A stretch of 64,000 nucleotides of DNA from Podarcis muralis (Eukaryota). A program made the translations under genes and the position numbers. The notes under the pieces were generated by a model. That model was not told where the DNA came from. It was given only the letters and a program-made list of their open reading frames with translations, and made no database searches. The stretch is from contig NC_135656.1 of assembly GCF_964188315.1 (NCBI RefSeq), positions 112,902,001-112,966,000 of the forward strand. The letters run 5' to 3'. Below, one piece after another: positions 50,169 through 59,400 of this stretch (positions are counted from its first letter, which is position 1; each line of letters opens with the position of its first letter).

Positions 50169-50857
50169 CTTATATCAGTTCCCATTTACAGAGTTCATCT
50201 GCTGAAGTGTTTCTTCCTTAGAGTTTTCTGGGCTTTGCTTTTTGCGACCCACAATGCCCTGCTCTTCCCTCTCTGTCAGCTTGCCAGATCAATGCAGACT
50301 AAACACAGTTTTCATACAGCTGCTGTAAGAACAGAAGCAGCTCCTCTCACAGATGTGGCCTTTACTAAAGAAAAACTTCCAGCCTTCTGGAAGCTTCTTG
50401 CAGTATCCTTGCAAAATCTTCTGGAATCTTCAAGAACTTTCAGGTAGTTCTGGAAAGAATGAAAGCTCTCCTTCGCCCCAACCACTCATCACCACGCAGT
50501 CCTCAAGGGCTGTCCCCCCCCCCCCCCCGCCGAAGTAGAACAGTGTTTGCAGGACAGTGATTGGCCAGACTTCCTGCCAGTCATGATGCCAAGTCTACCT
50601 TCTCAGGCCAGGTTGGTAAACAACACTGATTGGTTGGCTCTCCTGCCAGTCCTGAAACCTGCCTGTTGTCTCTCCCACATGCTTTCCCTTGAGAATCAGC
50701 TGCTTCAGGGGGAAATAAGCAGACTAATACGTAAAACAGCAACGACCCTGCTCTTATTCCGGTTCCGATACTGTTCTTTCTCCAGCCTCCCAAAAGAGAG
50801 TCGAGTCTGACACAGCTTTATAAAGACGAGATCATAACCTTACTGGCCTTACATTGC

Positions 50858-50957
50858 TCATTCGGTAAAGCATGAGGCTCTTAATATTAGGGTTGTGTGT
50901 TTGAGCCCCACACTGGGCAAAAGATTCCTGCATTGCAGGGGGTTGGACTAGATGACC
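50858..50957 (+). mobile_element. tRNA-derived SINE with CR1-like tail (related copy inverted at about 54430-54520)
   Basis: Degenerate A/B boxes followed by GGGTTGGACTAGATGACC. Confidence 0.6.
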
Positions 50958-51430
50958 CTTGTTGTTGTTGTTGTTCAGTCGTGTCCGACTCTTCGTGACC
51001 CCATGGACCAGAGCACGCCAGGCACTCCTGTCTTCCACTGCCTCCCGCAGTTTGGTCAAACTCATGCTGGTAGCTTCGAGAACACTATCCAACCATCTCG
51101 TCCTCTGTCGCCCCCTTCTCCTTGTGCCCTCCATCTTTCCCAACATCAGGGTCTTTTCCAAGGAGTCTTCTCTTCTCATGAGGTGGCCAAAATACTGGAG
51201 CCTCAGCTTCAGGATCTGTCCTTCCAGTGAGCACTCGGGGCTGATTTCCTTCAGAATGGAGAGGTTGGATCTTCTTGCAGTCAATGGGACTCTCAAGAGT
51301 CTCCTCCAGCACCAGAATTCAAAAGCATCAGTTCTTTGGCAATCAGCCTTCTTGATGGTCCAGCTCTCACTTCCATACATCACCTGGGAAAACCATAGCT
51401 TTGACTATACGTACCTTTGTTGGCAAGATG
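50958..51430 (-). mobile_element. RTE-BovB 3' fragment
   Basis: MYGSESWTIKKAD..DAFEFWCWRRLL..LQYFGHLMRRE; (CAA)n tail. Confidence 0.9.
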
Positions 51431-51629
51431 ATTCTGAAAGCACATCAGTTAAAACCACCCTCAGCCTCAATCCTGTTCTCAGTTTCCCTTTACCTCCCCC
51501 AAGATGACCTCCACTGGCCGTGAACAACCAAAACCCCTTGCCTTCATCTTATGTGGCAATTGCAACAAAATATCTCTATCCAAAGAGGGCCAAAATTTGC
51601 ATAATTTCTATTATGCAATCACAGCCTTG

Positions 51630-52291
51630 NNNNNNNNNNNNNNNNNNNNNNNNNNNNNNNNNNNNNNNNNNNNNNNNNNNNNNNNNNNNNNNNNNNNNNN
51701 NNNNNNNNNNNNNNNNNNNNNNNNNNNNNNNNNNNNNNNNNNNNNNNNNNNNNNNNNNNNNNNNNNNNNNNNNNNNNNNNNNNNNNNNNNNNNNNNNNNN
51801 NNNNNNNNNNNNNNNNNNNNNNNNNNNNNNNNNNNNNNNNNNNNNNNNNNNNNNNNNNNNNNNNNNNNNNNNNNNNNNNNNNNNNNNNNNNNNNNNNNNN
51901 NNNNNNNNNNNNNNNNNNNNNNNNNNNNNNNNNNNNNNNNNNNNNNNNNNNNNNNNNNNNNNNNNNNNNNNNNNNNNNNNNNNNNNNNNNNNNNNNNNNN
52001 NNNNNNNNNNNNNNNNNNNNNNNNNNNNNNNNNNNNNNNNNNNNNNNNNNNNNNNNNNNNNNNNNNNNNNNNNNNNNNNNNNNNNNNNNNNNNNNNNNNN
52101 NNNNNNNNNNNNNNNNNNNNNNNNNNNNNNNNNNNNNNNNNNNNNNNNNNNNNNNNNNNNNNNNNNNNNNNNNNNNNNNNNNNNNNNNNNNNNNNNNNNN
52201 NNNNNNNNNNNNNNNNNNNNNNNNNNNNNNNNNNNNNNNNNNNNNNNNNNNNNNNNNNNNNNNNNNNNNNNNNNNNNNNNNNNNNNNNNNN
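51630..52291. other. Assembly gap (662 N)
   Basis: Run of N. Confidence 1.
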
Positions 52292-52549
52292 NGTCAGACG
52301 GGATCGTGTGTTATCTCACAAGAGCATCCAGAGCCCAGAAAGCAAGATGGGGGGCTTACAAATTTGGTGCCCTATATCCTGCTGTGCAAAGGGCTTCTAA
52401 GCCCCTCTGTTTTGCTTACGGACCTCCAAGAAAGGTTTCTCAAGGAGTCTCCCTGACTTGACTTGCTAATCCCCAGAACGTAAGAGCCTCTGACAGAAGT
52501 TCCAAGGACAGAACAGAGACAATTTGGGGAATTTCAGGGGGTGGTAGTG

Positions 52550-52885
52550 GGACGCGGGTGGCGCTGTGGGTTAAACCACAGAGCCTAGGACTTGCCAATC
52601 AGAAGGGTGGCAGTTTGAATCCCCGCGACGGGGTGAGCTCCCGTTGCTTGGTCCCTGCTCCTGCCCACCTAGCAGTTCGAAAGCACATCAAAGTGCAAGT
52701 AGATAAGTAGGTACCGCTCTTGCGGGAAGGTAAACGGCGTTTCCGTGCACTACTCTGGTTTCGCCAGAAGCGGCTTAGTCATGTCGGCTACAGGACCCGG
52801 AAGCTGTCTGCAGACAAATGCCGGCTCCCTCGGCCAGTAAAGGTCACAACTGGACCTAATGGTCAGGGGTCCCTTTACCTTTACC
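52550..52885 (+). mobile_element. Sauria SINE
   Basis: Head and tail motifs; TSD GGGGGTGGTAGT. Confidence 0.9.
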
Positions 52886-53419
52886 TAGGGGGTGGTAGTA
52901 AATTCCCACTTATACAATTATTTTCTCTAAGCTGACTTGTTGTGAACAATCGGGTACATCAATATGTTTTTTACAGATCCCCTCTTATTTTTTGCACGAA
53001 AAATCTCCCTATCCATTTTCTCAGCATCTGCACCATGTTGCAAAGCCCTCTTCAGAGATGTGCTCCCAAGCCTTCATTATGAAGTTCTTTTATGCTGCAG
53101 CTCATGTTCAGGTATTCCTGTGTCAACAGTGAAGCTCTGAAGGGGGATTTAAATCCAGTCTGGGTTCTGCCATGACTCCTGCTTTCTCGTCTTTCTCCTC
53201 AAAGATGTCCGCCATGGGTGTAGACAGAGGGGGGCAGGGAGGGCAGCTGGCCTCTTAATTCAAATAAATAAATAAATAACACTTAACTAACTGACCAGCT
53301 GTGTCACAGATTTCTCAGTTCTGCCCTCCCCATAAAAGTCCCCCCCCCCCCAAAAAAAATCCCTGGCTGTGTTTCAGTTTTTGGAAAACCAGACCTGTAG
53401 TGACTTGGGTGCTAGGCAG

Positions 53420-53588
53420 CAGTGGCGTAGCATGGGTTGTCAGCACCCGGGGCAAGGCAAGTAATTTGCGCCCCCTAACCCGTGGATTCACGCCCCCTAA
53501 CCCGTGGATTTGCGCCCCCTCACCCTAACCCCCAGATGTTGCGCCCGGTGCGGCCGGCCCCCCCTGCACCCCCCACGCTACGCCACTG
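53420..53588. mobile_element. hAT MITE (CAGTGGCGTAGC family)
   Basis: TSD CTAGGCAG/CTAGGCAA. Confidence 0.8.
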
Positions 53589-53635
53589 CTAGGCAATGGC
53601 CGGATTTATGTATAGGCTGAGTAGGCTGAAGCCTG

Positions 53636-53826
53636 TTGTTGTTGCTGTTTAGTCGTTTAGTTGTGTCCGACTCTTCGTGACCCCCTGGACCAGAGCACGC
53701 CAGGCACTCCTGTCTTCCACTGCCTCCTGCAGTTTAGTCAAACTCATGCTGGTAGCTTCAAGAACACTGTCCAACCATCTCATCCTCTGTCGTCCCCTTC
53801 TCCTTGTGCCCTCCATCTTTCCCAAC
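53636..53826 (-). mobile_element. BovB 3' fragment
   Basis: Homologous to 50958-51140. Confidence 0.8.
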
Positions 53827-54307
53827 AGAAAGATGAAGCCTAGGGCCTCTAAATCTAGGGGGCCTCGCTAGCCTGCGGACAGCGCTGGCTCCCGGCCTCT
53901 AGAGTGAGATGAGCGCGCAACCCTAGAGTCGGACACGACTGGCCCGTACGGGCAGGGGTACCTTTACCTTTACTTAAGATGTACTTAAGGTGGCGGGTAC
54001 TTTAAAAAGCAGAGACATCACCTTAGGAGACACCAGGTTCCAGGTCTGGGCAGGCCTGAGCCTTGACATTGCCCCTGCCCTGGCATATGCAAGGGTGCTC
54101 ATCATGGTGGCTTTCAGATATTTTCAAGTGCAACTCCCATAATCTCCAGCTGGCATGGCCAGTGGCTAGGGATGATGGGATTTGTAGTCCACAACATCTA
54201 GAATGCAGCACTCCGGCTACCATCGCATGAGCACATATTGTTGTTGCCAGGTTTGTTATCTGAATGATGGTGTGATGCTAAATCTCTCTTCCCTTTTTTC
54301 TCTCCAG

Positions 54308-54340
54308 ACGCTGTGGAATCTGGACTAAAGCGGCAAAAAA
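54308..54340 (+). pseudogene. Orphan TRIM exon 6 relic
   Basis: ccag|ACGCTGTGGAATCTGGACTAAAGCGGCAAAAAA, donor site lost. Flanks are homologous to introns 5 and 6 of the intact genes. Confidence 0.7.
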
Positions 54341-54744
54341 TTAAATGTCAGGGTCTAATGGAGGCACAGTTTTAGGAGAAACACAGAATCATAGACTTGT
54401 AGACGTTGTGAGGGACAGTGAGGGTTATCAAACAACCCTGTGCAACGCAAGAATCTTTCACCCAACGTGGGGCATGAACCCACAACTCTGAAATTAAGAG
54501 TCTTGTGGTCTAGAGAAAGACAAGTCATATAGTTGATCTGATGCAGGGAGCCAGGATGGGCTCCTGCATTTAAAGTTACTGGTGGGAGTGACACTTCCTA
54601 GATCTTACATCAAACCAATCTGTAGTAAAATAAAGCAATTTATAGCAACAGTGCAATAGATATCATTATAAAAGATGCAACATCTATTTTCTGCATCACT
54701 TCTAAATGAACCACAAGCAATAAACTGGTAGCATTCCAACAATA

Positions 54745-55092
54745 AAGGTAAAGGTAAAGGGACCCCTGATCATTAGATCCAGTCGTGGCCGACTCTGGGG
54801 TAGCGGTGCTCATCTCACTTTATTGGCCGAGGGAGCCGGCGTACAGCTTCCGGATCATGTGGCCAGCATGGCAAAGCCGCTTCTGGCAAACCAGAGCAGC
54901 GCACGGAAACGCCGTTTACCTTCTCACCGGAGGGGTACCTATTTATCTACTTGCACTTGCTTTTGAACTGCTAGGTTGGCAGGAGCAGGGACTGAGCAAC
55001 AGGAGCTCACCCCGTCGCGGGGATTGGAACCGCTGACCTTCTGATCGGCAAGTCCTAGGCTCAGTGGTTTAACCCACAGTGCCACCCACATC
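54745..55092 (-). mobile_element. Sauria SINE
   Basis: TAAAGGTAAAGG tail; head near 55085. Confidence 0.9.
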
Positions 55093-55323
55093 TCTCAATA
55101 AAAGCTCATTGCAAATTGATTTTGCGTTACCCAACAGTGTGTCCATTTGAAAACAAATGTAATGGGGGGGGGGGTTACGCCAAGACTGCAGCCTCCAATT
55201 CATTTTTCACTCACCTGTGACATGTGCAGGGAAGAAAAGGCATGGATAAACTAATCCAAGGTGGTTCGGTTCAAGTGTCACTGTTTTGATGTGTATAAAC
55301 TACAGTACCTGGAAAGTTGCAGG

Positions 55324-55525
55324 TGTTAAGTTGTGGGTGAACATATCAGATGACACAGCGATTCTTCCAAAGCAGCTCTTTATTTGTAAGCTGGAACAGA
55401 ACTGAACTGAGGAGCTCAGTCAGCCTGCTTATATAGAGCTCCAGAACAATCTAACTGAAGAACTTTCTAAAACTATCCAATCACTGAACGTCACTTTCGA
55501 TCCTTCATTTGCATAACTATCTACA
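55324..55525 (-). mobile_element. Short solo-LTR-like element upstream of TRIM F
   Basis: Minus strand TGTAGATAG..ATGCAAAT..TGACGT..ATTGG..TATATAAG..AATAAA..TTAACA; TSD not found. Confidence 0.55.
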
Positions 55526-56361
55526 GTATCCCCCTGCTGGCCCAGGGTGAGAACTTCAGTACATAACAGCAGGATAACATACTTTAAATATATAATGGAA
55601 ACTTGGGTGGTAGCTGCAAAGAGGGTATTTTCTCTGCTGTGGGCTGCTGCCAGTTTTTCCTGACCTTTCAAGGCAAAATATTGAGCTGTGAATCAGAGGA
55701 GTCCCTAGTTTGACTCCTGCTTCTCTGCATGAACTTGAGTGGCAGGCGAGGTGGCCACATTTTCATTGGCTTTCTGTTAGGTCAGTCAGGAGAGGAAGCC
55801 CGCCTCTTGTCCCTCCCCCAGGCAGCTTTTCCAAAAGAGGAACTTGTTTGGTTCATGTTCTCTCTGACTAAAGTGATATTTCACTGACAAAGGGCTGCAT
55901 TCATTGAAAAAATGGGGCTAATTGAAAGCACCCGATGTTAATAGCTGCGCTGCAGTGTTATTGGCAAATATCTGGATACCATTTAGCTGAGCTGTTTGCA
56001 GAGTTCGTTCCAGAGGTTGTTATTGCACATTATCAGACGCCGACGATTCTGTCAGAACGACTCACTGAAAACTGGCACCGGGATGGAGGGCTGGGCTGTT
56101 TCTCCTCTGTATGTGGGGGCTGCTAACTAGAAAGAAGATGTCAATGGAGCAAGGCGGGGGGGGGGATTCATTCATCAGCTTGCAAAGTAGTCTGAGGCTG
56201 ACATGCTGATAGTTAAACGACAACAACAATAAACTCCACCAGCTCCCACGGGGAAATGGTTCCTTAAACGAGTAGCCACCATGGATGAGCACTCAATTAT
56301 ATATATATGGAGCTCCACCCATCTCCAAGGCAGCAGAGATCCTGAGTAATCGCATCTGAAT

Positions 56362-56415
56362 TTCCTGGAAAGGGAACACGCCCATTTCAAGACGGAAAAG
56401 AGAGAAAACGAAACC
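56362..56415 (+). promoter_or_regulatory. GAS + ISRE-like upstream of TRIM F
   Basis: TTCCTGGAA (56362-56370), GAGAAAACGAAACC (56402-56415). Confidence 0.7.
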
Positions 56416-56444
56416 AGCTCCCTCTTCCTGGCGAGGCAGCAGCC

Positions 56445-59400
56445 ATGGCTGCTTCTGGGGGTCCCGTCCGGGATCTCAGCGAGGAAGCCACTTGCTCCAT
56501 TTGCCTGGATTATTTCACGGATCCAGTGATCATCCCGGAGTGCGGGCACAACTTCTGCCGATCCTGCCTGACCCAGTATTGGGGGAAATCCGAGGGAGAG
56601 GCTTCCTGCCCTCAGTGCAGGAAAACAGTGGAGCAAGGCAGCATCAGGCGAAACCTGCAGCTGGCAAATTTTGTGGAAATAGCCAAGAAATTTAGCCATC
56701 TGGGGGGAAAAGAGGGAAAGGAGGGAGAAGGAAAAGGAAGGGTCTGTGAGAAGCACCAGGAGCCCCTGAAGCTCTTCTGCCAGGAGGATGAAGCCGCCAT
56801 CTGTGTCGTGTGTGACAGATCCAAGGAGCACAAAAGCCACGAGGTGATTCCTCTGGAGGAGGCTTTCCAGGAATACAAGGTGGGAAAAGGCAGTGGGTCT
56901 TTATTGGGGGTGGAAGAGCTGCAGACAAGAGGGGTTTGCAATAATGATAATGATGATGATGTAATGTATTCTCTCTACTTGCCACCCAAAAGGAATTCTC
57001 CAGCAAGAGATCTTGTGCAGCCTGATAAAACTAAACTTCTGAAACTTTATACGATAAATATTTCTTTTTCTTTTTGAGGGAGTAAAGTGCCCCCAGTGAC
57101 CCCTGAATGCAGGCTGCAGTAACTCCCCTGGGAGGAAAGATTACAGCATCTAGGATTATTTTAATAAAAAGGAGGGGGGTTGTTGGAGGTGTGTTGAGTG
57201 TGGGGGACAAATAGCAAAACCCCCATGTTTCTCAGCTCTGATATAGGGCAGCCCCATTTCTGCCTCCTCTGGGATGAAAAAGGGGAGCCTCTGCAAAAGA
57301 CCCAGGGATGTGGGGCAGGGAGTAAACACAGGATTCAGCTTGCCTGTTAATGTGTAATGCAGCCCAATTTGGATTTTGTTTTCTTTTCAGGATCAGATCA
57401 GCAGCTGCCTAGACAATGTGAGGAAGGAGAGAGAGAAAATTCTCATATTTAAAGCAAACACAGAAAAGGAAAGCCAAGACCTGCTTGTAAGCACTATTGT
57501 TACTACTTTAAGATGAAAAATGCTATAGTCTAGAACAGTGGTTCCCAAACTTTTTTCAAGGAGGGCCAGATTTGATGAAGTGAAGGGCCGTGAGGGCCAA
57601 CCAAAGACCAAAGATGTTGCGCTTTTCGCTTTTTTAAGGATTGAAATTGTTGACCTTTTTTTTTTTTAGGGTTGAAGTTGTTGAGGGGTTTTTTATGGCT
57701 TTCACCCCATAAACTGCCAAAGGGGCTGGATTAGGCCCCAAAATGGACTTTGGACATGTCTGTGGTAGAGCCTTTGGCCAACAAGGGAATCAAAGATGTG
57801 CTAAAGGTGGGAAAGGAGATTGCAGAGGAGCTGAACGGATTATTTGCACCTGTCTTTAGAGCAGAAGACTCGCCAGTAACATAAAAGTAATAAGGTGAAA
57901 CAGGAGAGATGCGAGCCGGGAAGGGCGACGGAAGGGCCCGGCCGGGCAGCGACTCACCTCGCAGGCGGTTCGCCATCCCTTTGGCCCCGGCGAGGCGGCG
58001 GCGGCTGCTCGGCGACCTCCTCGCCCGTCTCCTCGTGAGGGAAACGTGGCATCGGCGTCAGGGCGCCTCCAGCGGAGCAAGGCCGCTGGCCTTTGCCTTC
58101 TCCGCCTTCCTCCTTTTTGCCACGCCGCCTGCGCCCCCGCTGCCTCCCGCTCTCGGCGGGCCCTCCGGGCATTGGGCGTCGGGCTCCAAGGGCGAAGGCG
58201 CCCCTCCTTGGCCCCACTCCACCACGCCCATCTGCAGCACGGGCCCCACCGCCGCGCTCCCGCCAGCCACCCTGGCTGCTTTGCCCGCCTCCTCCTCGGG
58301 CTCGAAGCCCGGGTTGTCCCGGCTCCAGGCCTGCCTCAAGCAAGACGAGAGCAGCGGCGAGCAAGACAAAGGAGGAGGAGAAGGAGAAGAAGCGCTGACG
58401 ATGACTCCGCCACCGCCGCTGCTGCCTGGCGGGTCCCGCAGCCGCCCCAGTTCCAGATGCTCCAGGCCGCTGGGAGGGCAAAGTCCCACCATGGCCCCCT
58501 GACCCTGGACGAAGGCCGCCGCCTCAGAAATTTTCTCTCAGGCCGGTCGGGTAATGGCGTGGGAAGGGAGTGCCTTCGCTTTCTTCACCGCCCGCCTTCC
58601 AGCCCCCAGCCCCGCCCACAGCGCGCCGCCTCGCAGGGGGAAGCGGGCAGGCCGGGCTGGCGGCTACACGGGCCACATGACGAGGTCTGGCGGGCCGGAT
58701 TCGGCCCGCGGCCCTTGTGTTTGACACCCGTGGTCTAGAATCAATATCTGGGGGGGGGGGGAGGAATATGGAATACAGAAAGTGGTTTATTTTTGAACAG
58801 CCGTATCTCCCACAGACGTGAAAGACCATTTAAAGGAGGGGGTGGGAAGCTCTTTCCCTGCTGAATATAGGTGTAATCTCTCTAAAATTTCAGAAGTGGC
58901 CTTCAAAAGGAATTGGGATAACTGGCCGCTTCATCCTCAAGAGCAGACTAGATGCCTGATTTTGGCCCACTCTTCTCTTCTTTCAACCTCTTTGCTGCAG
59001 AAACAAACAGGTGCAGAGAGGGAAAAGATGGCGGCTGAGTTCAGGCGACTGCACCAGTTTCTGGAAGAACAGGAGAAACGTATTCTGGCCCAGATGGCAG
59101 AAGTGGAGAAGGAGATTGCAGCCAAAAGGGAGGAGCGCCTGGCCAGACTCTCCAGGGAACTCTCCTCTCTTGACAGCCTCATCCGGGAGATGGAGGAGAA
59201 GCTTCAGGAACCAGAGAGCGAACTCCTGCAGGTGAGGCCTGGTCTTGATGCGAGAGGGTGGAGTGTGCTGCTTCAGACTACAGGCAGGAGGATAACATAT
59301 CTTAGCCCCCACCCCACCCCCCGCAAAGAAGCTGCTGTAAAAAAACACAATTAGTACATGATGGGTGAAAGGCCTGGGGTCACAAAAGGGGTGCTGCTAG

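Noticed and set aside
51504-52461. ORFs of about 300 aa
   Set aside because: Artefacts of translating the N gap.
57958-58492. Functional PKD2 gene or processed retrocopy
   Set aside because: Only part of exon 1 is present, with a stop and frameshifts; the retained splice donor and absence of exon 2 or poly-A argue against retroposition.
57909-58738. Plus-strand ORFs of 197-230 aa as a novel nested gene
   Set aside because: They are antisense readings of the GC-rich PKD2 fragment, with no domain signal.
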